Assembly (NCBI GenBank): GCA_963582935.1
Contig: CAUZSH010000001.1
Coordinates: forward strand, 9,880-73,879
Direction of reading: 5' to 3'
Length of the DNA stretch: 64,000 nt
Origin: Gammaproteobacteria bacterium
Lineage (GTDB): Bacteria; Pseudomonadota; Gammaproteobacteria; Francisellales; Francisellaceae
Each line of letters starts with the position of its first letter. The stretch's first letter is position 1. Of this stretch, positions 1 through 13,536 are shown piece by piece. The translations under genes were made by a program, and so were the position numbers. The notes below the pieces were generated by a model, which had not been told where the DNA came from, did no database searches, and saw only the letters and a program-made list of their open reading frames with translations.

Positions 1-71
1 TGGATACACAACCACTAAGTGCAAGCGTTGATGCAATAATAAAAATTTTAATAGGCGATTTAATAGAGGGG

Positions 72-1103
<1,032 letters not shown>

Positions 1104-1212
1104 TTATCGCTCAATATAATATCAAAGAGAATTTTGTACACAGGGTAATGGATATCAGCTCAATTCACAATCAAAACAATTATACTGATGCCTTAAAACA
1201 CTTTATTCAATG

Positions 1213-1247
1213 CAAAAAAAAGCCCCAATAAAAATATCAGGGCTTTT
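1213..1247 (-). terminator. Candidate rho-independent terminator after atpC
   Basis: On the minus strand the sequence reads aaaagccc-(14-nt loop)-gggctttt followed by a further T run, 34 nt downstream of the atpC stop. The stem is short and the loop large, so it is only moderately convincing. Confidence 0.5.
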
Positions 1248-1280
1248 GAAATATTTGACTCGCTCTGCGAACTGATATGG

Positions 1281-1712
1281 CTACTTAATGGAAGCACCTT
1301 TCAGCAACGCAAGAACTTTCAAGCGAGCTTCCGCTTCAGCAAGCATCAATTGCGCTTCATTAATGCTAATTTTATCCAAACTAGCATCTTTTAATAAAGC
1401 TTCCGCTTTTTGTTTCGCCTCTTGTGCCGCTGACTCGTTCACATCCATAGGACGCTCAACCACATCTGCCAGTACAATAATTTGATCTGGTTGCACTTCC
1501 AGAATGCCTCCGGCAACAAAAAGTATGTCCTCTTTGTCATCTTCCAACACCATTCTTAATGGACCAGGTGCGATAGATGTCAACAACTGAGTATGTCCGG
1601 CTGATATTCCGAGTTCACCTTCAGCACCACGAAGCACCACTAATTTAGCAGAGCCCTCATAGATTGCGCCTTCGGGGCTGATGACATAAATTTTAATAAG
1701 CTTTTCAGCCAT
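1281..1712 (-). CDS. atpC: F1 ATP synthase epsilon subunit
   Basis: 143-aa ORF directly downstream of atpD, the last gene of the atp operon. The length and helical C-terminal hairpin (AAQEAKQKAEALL...) are typical of epsilon. Confidence 0.93.
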   Translation of the reverse strand: MAEKLIKIYVISPEGAIYEGSAKLVVLRGAEGELGISAGHTQLLTSIAPGPLRMVLEDDKEDILFVAGGILEVQPDQIIVLADVVERPMDVNESAAQEAKQKAEALLKDASLDKISINEAQLMLAEAEARLKVLALLKGASIK

Positions 1713-1727
1713 GACAAACCCCTATAT

Positions 1728-3987
<2,260 letters not shown>

Positions 3988-3996
3988 ATCAAAATC

Positions 3997-5538
3997 CTAC
4001 CAAGATTGGGTTGCTTTGCATTTTGTCACGATTTCAGCCAACTTGTCGGCGACCGCATCGTTATATGCGCCACTTGCATCAATTTCAAGCATGAAATCAG
4101 CATATTGGTCACGTGCAAAATCATGCAACGTTTTTTCAAAACTTGTGATTTCAGAGATTGGCATATCATCAAGGTAGCCTTTTTCAACTGCAAATAGAGA
4201 TAAACCCATTTCAGAAACGCTTAACGGTGAATATTGCTTCTGCTTCATCAACTCCATCATACGCTCACCACGCTCTAGCTGTCTACGTGTCGCCTCATCT
4301 AAGTCGGAGGCGAACTGAGCAAAAGCCTCTAGTTCACGGTATTGGGCTAATGCGAGCTTCATACCTCCACCAAGCTTCTTGATGATCTTAGTTTGAGCGG
4401 CTCCACCAACTCGAGACACGGACGCGCCTGAGTTAATAGCAGGTCTAAATCCTGAGTTGAATAAGTTTGTTTCTAGGAAAATCTGTCCATCTGTAATAGA
4501 AATCACGTTAGTTGGAACGAATGCTGAAATATCACCCGCTTGCGTTTCAATAATTGGCAATGCTGTCAAAGAACCTGTTTTGCCTTTCACCTCACCTTTG
4601 GTTGCAATTTCCACGTATTCTTCATTTACACGAGCAGCTCTTTCTAGCAGTCTGGAATGAAGATAAAAAACATCGCCTGGATATGCCTCACGGCCTGGTG
4701 GTCTACGAAGCAATAAAGAGATTTGACGATACGCCCATGCTTGCTTAGTTAAATCATCATAAATAATTAACGCATCTTCACCTCGATCACGAAAATACTC
4801 ACCCATCGCACAACCGGCATAAGGCGCAATGAACTGAAGTGCGGCTGAATCCGCGGCGTTTGCAGCAACAACAATCGTATACTCAAGCGCACCATGCTCT
4901 TCCAGTTTACGAACAACTGTTGCCACTGATGAGGCTTTTTGCCCAATCGCGACATAAATACATTTTACGCCTGTATTTTTTTGATTGATAATTGCATCAA
5001 TTGCGACAGCAGTTTTACCTGTCTGCCTATCACCAATGATTAACTCACGTTGTCCACGCCCAACAGGTGTTAGAGAGTCAATCGACTTAATTCCAGTTTG
5101 GACTGGTTGATCAACACTTTTTCTCCAGATAACACCAGGAGAAACTTTCTCTACTGCTGAGGTTAAATCTGTTTCAAGCTCGCCTTTGCCATCAATAGGA
5201 TTACCGAGCGCATCTACAACACGACCCAAAAGGGCCTCACCAACAGGAACTTCCAAGATTCTACCGGTACAGTAGGCCTTTTCACCCTCGGCAATATGAT
5301 CATATTCACCCAGCACCACAGCGCCGACCGTATCTTGCTCAAGGTTAAGCGCCAATCCATAAACGCCACCTGGCAATTCGATCATTTCGCCTGAAGCGAC
5401 TTCTTCTAATCCATGAATACGAATAATACCATCTCTTACACTCACAATTGTACCTTCTGTGCGTACCTGAGCTTCGGTATTAAAGTTTTCAATTTTATCT
5501 TTGATTATATTACTAATTTCAGATGATGTTAACTGCAT
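3997..5538 (-). CDS. atpA: F1 ATP synthase alpha subunit
   Basis: 513 aa. Walker A GDRQTGKT; conserved operon position. Confidence 0.98.
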   Translation of the reverse strand: MQLTSSEISNIIKDKIENFNTEAQVRTEGTIVSVRDGIIRIHGLEEVASGEMIELPGGVYGLALNLEQDTVGAVVLGEYDHIAEGEKAYCTGRILEVPVGEALLGRVVDALGNPIDGKGELETDLTSAVEKVSPGVIWRKSVDQPVQTGIKSIDSLTPVGRGQRELIIGDRQTGKTAVAIDAIINQKNTGVKCIYVAIGQKASSVATVVRKLEEHGALEYTIVVAANAADSAALQFIAPYAGCAMGEYFRDRGEDALIIYDDLTKQAWAYRQISLLLRRPPGREAYPGDVFYLHSRLLERAARVNEEYVEIATKGEVKGKTGSLTALPIIETQAGDISAFVPTNVISITDGQIFLETNLFNSGFRPAINSGASVSRVGGAAQTKIIKKLGGGMKLALAQYRELEAFAQFASDLDEATRRQLERGERMMELMKQKQYSPLSVSEMGLSLFAVEKGYLDDMPISEITSFEKTLHDFARDQYADFMLEIDASGAYNDAVADKLAEIVTKCKATQSW

Positions 5539-5562
5539 GACTTTTATCCTGCCTATTTAAAT

Positions 5563-6099
5563 TTATGCCAATAAACTATTCGATAACCTTTGCATTTTTC
5601 CTTGCACTGAGCCGTCGATCACCAAATCTCCAGCCACAATGATTGCGCCTCCGATGATACTCTCATCTATTTGGCACTTAATATCTATATCACTATTAAA
5701 TCTCTTTTTAAGTTTCGATTTAATCGTTTCCAGAAACTCGTCAGAAACTTCAAACGCAGAAGTCAATGTCACATCCACTTTATTTTCCAGAGCAGACTTC
5801 AGAGCTTCATATATTTCTGCAATATCTTGTATTGCAACAAAGCGACTGTGCTCAGCCAGGCAAAGTAAAAAATTGTGTGTATAATCATTTGCTAACTCAC
5901 CAAGCAGTGTCTGAAAAACATTTACGATTTCCGCGCCACTTACTTGAGGGTCAGCCATAATTTCTGCGACAGCTTGATCTGATGCGTAAGTAGCAAGTTG
6001 GTCTAGTGCACTAGACCAATCCTCGATCGTATCTTTCTCTTTTGCAAGCTCGAAGATAGCCCTCGCATAAGGTCTCGCAATGTGATTCATATCTGTCAT
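5563..6099 (-). CDS. atpH: F1 ATP synthase delta (OSCP) subunit
   Basis: 178 aa. N-terminus ARPYARAIFELA is typical of delta. It lies between atpF and atpA. Confidence 0.92.
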   Translation of the reverse strand: MTDMNHIARPYARAIFELAKEKDTIEDWSSALDQLATYASDQAVAEIMADPQVSGAEIVNVFQTLLGELANDYTHNFLLCLAEHSRFVAIQDIAEIYEALKSALENKVDVTLTSAFEVSDEFLETIKSKLKKRFNSDIDIKCQIDESIIGGAIIVAGDLVIDGSVQGKMQRLSNSLLA

Positions 6100-6120
6100 A
6101 TTACGCTCTCTTAATTACGT

Positions 6121-6591
6121 TCAAATTTCTTTCGCAAGTTGATCCAATATTTTTTGATTCGACTTTTGATCAATATTGGTTTCAATGATCTTTTCAGCTC
6201 CTGCCAAAGCAATCCCTGCGACTTCTTTCTTCAACTCTTCTTTCAGTCTCAGCTTCTCGCCACTCATTTCAGCCATTGCCGCTTCCTTGATTCTGGTTGC
6301 AGCAGTTCTAGCATCAGCCTTGGCTGATTCATCAAGCTTATGCGCTCTTTCGTTTGCTTGGTCAACAATCGTGGCAGCTTGATTTTTCGCTTCCTGAATA
6401 ATCACTTTAGAGTTACGCTGAGCTACTTCAAGTTCTTCCTCAGCTTTCTCAGCAGCAAGAAGACCGTCTGCAATTTTCTTTTTACGCTCGTCTAATGCAA
6501 CTTTTAATGGTGGCCACACGAACTTCATTGTGAACCATACAAAAATCGCAAAAGTGATCATTTGCCCTACTAGGGTAAGATTAATACTCAT
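6121..6591 (-). CDS. atpF: Fo ATP synthase subunit b
   Basis: 156 aa. A single N-terminal TM helix followed by a long charged coiled helix; operon position fits. Confidence 0.92.
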   Translation of the reverse strand: MSINLTLVGQMITFAIFVWFTMKFVWPPLKVALDERKKKIADGLLAAEKAEEELEVAQRNSKVIIQEAKNQAATIVDQANERAHKLDESAKADARTAATRIKEAAMAEMSGEKLRLKEELKKEVAGIALAGAEKIIETNIDQKSNQKILDQLAKEI

Positions 6592-6617
6592 GTCAGCTCC
6601 TGTGGTTGCTTACTTAA

Positions 6618-6926
<309 letters not shown>

Positions 6927-6955
6927 TTACTTACAAACTAAAACTTACGTTTTAC

Positions 6956-8129
<1,174 letters not shown>

Positions 8130-8242
8130 TATTACTTCCCTTTTTTATTGCCCGAGAGTATATCTACTGTTGAAACTTCACGCAACCCAAACAAGCTAAA
8201 ATTTTACACAATTACCTGATCAAAAGTCACTCTTCATTAAAC

Positions 8243-9745
8243 CTATAATTGCTCTAGCTTATCACCCAGCTTATCACCCTTAATTAATCGGCTTATAAAT
8301 GGTGCGCACGCTATACTCAAAAAAGCAACGACTAATGATATTATCGCAAATATTCCAAATCCCGAGGCATAAATATTTGAGGCTTGCTGCAATGAAGAGC
8401 CATCAGGAACAGAAGTAATCGTTGCAACCAAGCCGCTTAATGAAAAAGCTGCTGTATTTGATAAGAACCACATCCCCATCATTAAACCCACATAACCCCT
8501 AGGCGCCAGCACTGTTATCATGGCAAGCCCAACTGGGTTAATTAACAACTCTCCACTCGTTTGCAAGAAGTAGCTCGCTACTAGCCATCCTGAATCCGTC
8601 ATCCCCTCTACGTTAAAAAATGTGATTCCTAACCACAACACAGCAAACCCTGCAGTCATTAAGAAAATCGCATAACTAAATTTATAAGCAACCGAAGGGT
8701 TCAATCCTTTTCTTCCAAGTTTTACCCAAAAAGCAGCCAATAATGGTGACAAAATAATAATAAAGAAAGGATTAAAAAATTGGGTGTTTTCTGCAGTGAT
8801 TGGAATACCCAAGAAATACGGCACCATATTACGATCAGCAAAAAGCATCAAAGAGGTAAAGGTCTGATTATAAAGTACATTGAAGCCGATTGAAAAGGCA
8901 ATAAGAATCAAGCAGGCAAACATTTTATTCCTTGCTCCAACCTCTTGCTTCATGGTTAAAAACAAAACATACAACAAGCACACCAAACTTGCTGAAATTA
9001 CAACTAGGTTCAAGATTAAAGGCTGTTCAAATAACAAGAAAGCAGCGAGAATGATCAAAACCGTACCCAATGCAATCAAACCCCATGTTTTTGCGCCTTG
9101 GGTTTTTAGTAAGCTGCTTTTAGGCATTCTACCACACTCTAACAAGTATTTTTTGCCCATAAAAAATACGATTAAGCTTAAAATCATACCGCCCATTGCC
9201 ACCAAGAACCCAGAACGCCAGCCGTAATGCGAAACCAGCCAGCCAATAAATAAAGAAGGTAATAAGGCGCCCACATTAATACCCATATAGAATATTGTAA
9301 AACCGCCATCTCGGCGTGGATCATCTTGTTTATATAGATCACCGACAATGGAAGACACATTCGGCTTAAAAAAACCATTGGCTGCAATCACAATTGCAGC
9401 TCCAAGGAAGAAACCCCATTCAGCAGGAACCGCCATGGTCATATACCCCACCGCTAGTAATGCTCCACCAATCATAATGGCACGCTGGTAACCTATTATC
9501 TTATCCGCAAGCATTCCACCCGGGACAGGCGTCAAATACAGCATTGCATTCAAACCTGCAACGGTCAAAAAAGCCTTACTATCTGAAAAACCTAAACCTT
9601 TCGATAAATACAATACGGCAATGATTTGAATGGTGTAGAAACCAAACCTTTCCCATAATTCCGTCATGAAAAGCCAATACAAACCAATGGGTTGTTTCTG
9701 TTTATTTACGCTCATTTCCATAATTCCTTTTTCAGTCTCACCCAT
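8243..9745 (-). CDS. POT/PTR2-family proton-dependent di/tripeptide transporter
   Basis: 500 aa with about 14 TM segments. PTR2 signature ELWERFGFYTIQ near the N-terminus; FYMGINVGA motif. Confidence 0.88.
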   Translation of the reverse strand: MGETEKGIMEMSVNKQKQPIGLYWLFMTELWERFGFYTIQIIAVLYLSKGLGFSDSKAFLTVAGLNAMLYLTPVPGGMLADKIIGYQRAIMIGGALLAVGYMTMAVPAEWGFFLGAAIVIAANGFFKPNVSSIVGDLYKQDDPRRDGGFTIFYMGINVGALLPSLFIGWLVSHYGWRSGFLVAMGGMILSLIVFFMGKKYLLECGRMPKSSLLKTQGAKTWGLIALGTVLIILAAFLLFEQPLILNLVVISASLVCLLYVLFLTMKQEVGARNKMFACLILIAFSIGFNVLYNQTFTSLMLFADRNMVPYFLGIPITAENTQFFNPFFIIILSPLLAAFWVKLGRKGLNPSVAYKFSYAIFLMTAGFAVLWLGITFFNVEGMTDSGWLVASYFLQTSGELLINPVGLAMITVLAPRGYVGLMMGMWFLSNTAAFSLSGLVATITSVPDGSSLQQASNIYASGFGIFAIISLVVAFLSIACAPFISRLIKGDKLGDKLEQL

Positions 9746-9932
9746 TAATCATGCAGAATAACGGGCAAATATACGTGTAAATATTCAATAATTCGTATAA
9801 TAACACTGTTTGTGTATTTTACAAACGTTATTAACTGACCAAATAACACCCCAGATATCAAGAGTTAGACTCTGCAGGGTGGTATAGAAAGAGAAATTAA
9901 AACTATGGCTTTTTTATCTCGGCTACAGGGCA

Positions 9933-10298
9933 TTAATCTCTGTTATAGATATCATCTAAGCGCACAATATCATCCTCACCGAGGTACGTCCCAACTTGCA
10001 CCTCAATAATTGACACACCTGAGCCTGTTTTATTTTCAAGACGATGAATAGCTTCAAGAGGAATATACACATGCTCCCCAACAACATAGTCTTTAGTGCT
10101 ATCACCAACCGTTATGGTCGCCACACCCTCAACAACCACCCAATGTTCGGAACGCTTAAAATGCTTTTGCAAAGAGAGCCTACCGCCAGGGATGACGGTG
10201 ATTATTTTTGCTTGAAATAATGTGCCCATTTCGATTGTTTTATAGGTTCCCCACGGGCGAGAATAGGTTTGACCGACTTCATTAATAGGATTGCTCAT
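9933..10298 (-). CDS. Stand-alone cupin matching the C-terminal phosphomannose-isomerase domain of type II PMI/GMP enzymes
   Basis: 121 aa. RPWGTYKTI, SLQKHFKRSEHWVVVEG, IPLEAIHRLEN and IIEVQVGTYLGEDDIVRLDDIY match the ManC/AlgA C-terminal cupin. No nucleotidyltransferase domain is present. Confidence 0.8.
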   Translation of the reverse strand: MSNPINEVGQTYSRPWGTYKTIEMGTLFQAKIITVIPGGRLSLQKHFKRSEHWVVVEGVATITVGDSTKDYVVGEHVYIPLEAIHRLENKTGSGVSIIEVQVGTYLGEDDIVRLDDIYNRD

Positions 10299-10370
10299 TT
10301 TTGACTGTTTCCAATTTGTGATAAGATTATATTGAGCATAACAAAAAATGATAATTTTTCAATTTTTTAC

Positions 10371-10398
10371 TTGCATTCTTTCGTCTCCAACATATAAT
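10371..10398 (+). promoter_or_regulatory. Candidate sigma70 promoter for the tRNA pair
   Basis: TTGCAT (10371-10376), a 16-nt spacer, then TATAAT (10393-10398), 12 nt upstream of the tRNA-Thr 5' end. Confidence 0.45.
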
Positions 10399-10409
10399 GC
10401 CTATCTATC

Positions 10410-10485
10410 GCTGGCATGGCTCAACTGGTAGAGCAGCCGACTTGTAATCGGCAGGTTGAGGGTTCAAGTCCTTCTGCCAGCACCA
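10410..10485 (+). tRNA. tRNA-Thr (anticodon UGU)
   Basis: 76 nt, folded by hand. Acceptor GCTGGCA/TGCCAGC, D stem GCTC/GAGC, anticodon stem GCCGA/TCGGC with loop CTTGTAA, T arm GAGGG-TTCAAGT-CCTTC, encoded CCA. Confidence 0.93.
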
Positions 10486-10504
10486 TTGTTAAAAGACTAA
10501 ATAT

Positions 10505-10581
10505 GGACCGGTAGTTCAGCTGGTTAGAATGCTTGCCTGTCACGCAGGAGGTCGCGGGTTCGAGTCCCGTCCGGTCCGCCA
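10505..10581 (+). tRNA. tRNA-Asp (anticodon GUC)
   Basis: 77 nt. Acceptor GGACCGG/CCGGTCC, anticodon stem CTTGC/GCAGG with loop CTGTCAC, T arm GCGGG-TTCGAGT-CCCGT, encoded CCA. Confidence 0.93.
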
Positions 10582-10608
10582 TTTAGTTCATCAGAATCCC
10601 TTTTAAGT

Positions 10609-11571
10609 TTAAAGCCAACCTAGCAGCAATAAAACAGAAATTATTGGCACGGCAACTGCGCACCAGACTAATCCAACACCATTCAATATTACGGCTACTT
10701 TTCTTTGGCGATAATAATGAATTAGAAAAACTAACAATAAGTTAATGATCAAAGCCACAATACCCAACAAAAATATCTTATCTGCAAGCATAAAAGCATT
10801 CGTCGTAGGAAGCGAAGACTGCGATGCAATCTCATTTCCCACAACGGCAAAAACACTTGCAACAATCATGGGTATACGAACATTCAACTGATCTCTTGGA
10901 AGAAGAAAAATGCAAAAACCCAATACAAAGGTTAAAAATGTGATGCCAAAAGTATTAATCAAGCTTCTAATAGGCTCTTTGACCAATTCAACATGATAGG
11001 TTGCCCTTGAGTATGTTACAGACTTTCTACCGGGCAGTTCGCTATAATTATTAGCAGCATAACGCTTAGCATCCACGTCCCAATAGGTTTTTCCAATTCC
11101 CCATCCTGATAGATAGTTTGCATTCGCGCCTATATACGAATTTACCTTATCTGGCACAAAATGCTGACGTTTAACACCATATTTAATATCTTCAAACGAA
11201 ATTTTTATAATCTGATTATTTAATGGGTATCTTTCTAAAGAAAAGTGTTGATGCAAGGTTGCTCTAATGCCAGAAAGACTTAGATATCGTCCATCTTCTA
11301 ACTTTATCTCCGTTTTTTTAATCAATGATGTCTTAATGGCATTTGTTACCACCAAATTTTTACCAAAATCTTCTTGACTCACATCATAAGTAGACCAGAC
11401 CCAAAAATTAACATCTATTGTTTGTGATTTAAAGTTTATATCTGAAATATCGCCAACATATATACCGATTGGCACGGCTCTTGACTTTAAGTCAGTTTTT
11501 TCCTTTGCATAGCCAAAGAAGCTCATTAAGCATAGAATAATAATTAAACTTAACTTCATTGATTTTGCCAT
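10609..11571 (-). CDS. Prokaryotic pentameric ligand-gated ion channel (Cys-loop receptor superfamily, GLIC/ELIC-like) homologue
   Basis: Signal peptide, then a beta-rich ectodomain of about 200 aa with a Cys-loop-equivalent motif YPLNNQIIKISFED. Four TM helices follow, with a short M3-M4 loop and the post-M2 motif LPTTNAFMLADK. An ATG at 11571 (MAKSMKLS...) is preferred over the GTG at 11589. Confidence 0.72.
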   Translation of the reverse strand: MAKSMKLSLIIILCLMSFFGYAKEKTDLKSRAVPIGIYVGDISDINFKSQTIDVNFWVWSTYDVSQEDFGKNLVVTNAIKTSLIKKTEIKLEDGRYLSLSGIRATLHQHFSLERYPLNNQIIKISFEDIKYGVKRQHFVPDKVNSYIGANANYLSGWGIGKTYWDVDAKRYAANNYSELPGRKSVTYSRATYHVELVKEPIRSLINTFGITFLTFVLGFCIFLLPRDQLNVRIPMIVASVFAVVGNEIASQSSLPTTNAFMLADKIFLLGIVALIINLLLVFLIHYYRQRKVAVILNGVGLVWCAVAVPIISVLLLLGWL

Positions 11572-11760
11572 AGTACAATCAACATACACAACATTTCCAT
11601 AGAGTCCTAACTAAAGTGTAGACCGAGATCTATATATAGCAAATTATCGAGACACTAAAACAAATAAGTCTATGAATATCCCGTCATGCGTTTCATTTTT
11701 AAAAATTTTCATTTATGATTTATAGCAACCTGGAATCAATTAGTCGCGTATTTATCCTTA

Positions 11761-13362
11761 ATGTCATATATTGCACTTGCCCGAAAATATCGCCCACACT
11801 CTTTTAAAGAAGTTGTTGGTCAACACCATGTACTACAAGGGCTCATAAATGCATTAAATAACAACAAACTTCATCATGCCTACTTATTAACAGGCACTCG
11901 AGGAGTAGGTAAAACAACCCTCGCGAGACTGCTTGCCAAATGTTTGAATTGTGAAATCAGTGTTAGCGCAACGCCTTGTGGAGAATGCCCTGCCTGTCAC
12001 TCAATAGATCAAGGCACTTTTGTGGATCTGATTGAAATAGATGCCGCCTCCCGCACTCGAGTTGAGGACACGAAAGAAATCCTAGATAACGTTCAGTATA
12101 TGCCAACTCAAGGACGCTACAAAGTATACATCATTGATGAAGTACATATGCTTTCCACACATAGCTTCAATGCGCTTTTAAAAACGCTAGAAGAGCCGCC
12201 TCAGCACGTGAAATTTTTACTCGCCACCACGGACCCACAAAAATTACCCATTACCGTATTATCTCGATGTCTACAATTACACCTTAAAAACCTTACTCCT
12301 GATGAAATCCAATCTCAAATCGCACATATTTTAACCCTGGAAAATATTGAGTTTGAAGCTGAAGCATTACCCACTCTCGCAGATAGAGCGAATGGCAGTA
12401 TGAGGGACGCACTCAGCTTACTTGAGCAAGCCATTGCCTTTTCACCCGAGAGAATCACTTTCGAAAATATTTCAGAAATGTTGAGTGCGATCAACTTAAA
12501 CACCATTATAGAAATTGCCAACGCAGTTATCAAAAAAGATGTCGCCATGCTCATGAGCCTTTCAGGGCGCATACAGAAAAGCGGACAAAGTGCCATAACA
12601 GCGTTAGCATTGTTATCTGAACTTTGGCATAACGTTAGTTTACAGCAAATACTCGGACAATCTTTTTCAGGAAATTATCCAGCAGAAGCCATTCAGGATA
12701 TTATCGAAAGCATATCCCCACAAGAAACACAATTGCTCTATCAAATCTCCATCAAAAGCAAAAACGACATCATTCTTGCCCCCAGTGAGAAAATTGGGTT
12801 TGAGATGGCGCTACTGCGCATGGTCGCGTTTATTCCAGGTTCTTCTAAGAAACCAAGCACATCATCAGACAACAAACAAATTAAAACGGCAAGTACTCAA
12901 ATCAAAACACCCCCTCAACCAGCAACCGATTTTGAGCAAAAAAAGCCGAGCAATATGGGTACTTGGTGGCATGACATCGCCACAAAAGTCGCACTCAAAG
13001 GACCAGCGAAACAGCTTGTTCTTAATAGCACTGTTTCCCACAAAACAGATAAGAATATTTGCCTTGCAGTGGCCCCTTCATTTCAAAAACTTTTATCTGG
13101 AAACCTAAAAACAAAAATAATTTCTGAACTACAGAAAACTCTCGGCGCCCATATCACCATCTCTTTTGCCGACAATAATACTGAAAAAAAAAATCTGCAA
13201 ACTGAAATAACCCCTGCAGAACAGCAATCCATTACAAAAGAAGATCACCTCGAAAAAACTTTTCAAAACCTAACGAACAATCCGACTATTTCAGCGCTAT
13301 GCCAAACCTTCAACACTCAAGTCGAAAAGAAAAATATCCGCTTTCGTAAAGAAATCAGCTAA
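11761..13362 (+). CDS. dnaX: DNA polymerase III subunit tau (gamma/tau)
   Basis: 533 aa. Walker A GTRGVGKTT, DEVHML, zinc module CLNCEISVSATPCGECPACHS, sensor TTDPQKLPITVLSRC. Confidence 0.96.
   Translation: MSYIALARKYRPHSFKEVVGQHHVLQGLINALNNNKLHHAYLLTGTRGVGKTTLARLLAKCLNCEISVSATPCGECPACHSIDQGTFVDLIEIDAASRTRVEDTKEILDNVQYMPTQGRYKVYIIDEVHMLSTHSFNALLKTLEEPPQHVKFLLATTDPQKLPITVLSRCLQLHLKNLTPDEIQSQIAHILTLENIEFEAEALPTLADRANGSMRDALSLLEQAIAFSPERITFENISEMLSAINLNTIIEIANAVIKKDVAMLMSLSGRIQKSGQSAITALALLSELWHNVSLQQILGQSFSGNYPAEAIQDIIESISPQETQLLYQISIKSKNDIILAPSEKIGFEMALLRMVAFIPGSSKKPSTSSDNKQIKTASTQIKTPPQPATDFEQKKPSNMGTWWHDIATKVALKGPAKQLVLNSTVSHKTDKNICLAVAPSFQKLLSGNLKTKIISELQKTLGAHITISFADNNTEKKNLQTEITPAEQQSITKEDHLEKTFQNLTNNPTISALCQTFNTQVEKKNIRFRKEIS
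12939..12945 (+). promoter_or_regulatory. Candidate -1 programmed ribosomal frameshift heptamer A_AAA_AAG in dnaX
   Basis: The heptamer lies in the correct zero-frame phase (CAA AAA AAG, codons 393-395). The -1 frame terminates 9 codons later at TGA 12972-12974, predicting a gamma product of about 404 aa. Confidence 0.4.
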
Positions 13363-13536
13363 TTTTATCCATTTATTTACGCTATCAGCCTAAATACTCT
13401 GAAAAATTGTTGGCATACTGAACAATATTTCGTTAAAATCCTTGCGTTACTACTAACGGGTATTGGTTGTTATTCCAGTGAGACGCCAACACTCTTGTCT
13501 AATCAGATACTGGAACACAAACATTTGGATACAAAT

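Noticed and set aside
1-51. A minus-strand reading frame gives IKIFIIASTLALSGCVS, a lipoprotein-like signal with a lipobox, running off the left edge downstream of obg.
   Set aside because: There is no ATG, GTG or TTG start in that frame between the obg stop and the hydrophobic stretch, and no SD. Too little sequence is available to support a gene call.
10410-11589. The tRNA-Thr/tRNA-Asp pair followed by the pLGIC gene, considered as a tRNA-targeted genomic island.
   Set aside because: There is no integrase, no direct repeat of the tRNA 3' end and no other cargo genes. Lateral origin remains only a compositional impression and is reported as such in the findings.
13184-13193. An A10 homopolymer in dnaX, considered as an alternative slippage site (Thermus-type transcriptional slippage).
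   Set aside because: It lies near codon 475 of 533, well beyond the domain III boundary where gamma normally ends. It encodes EKKN in frame. The A_AAA_AAG site at 12939 is the better candidate.
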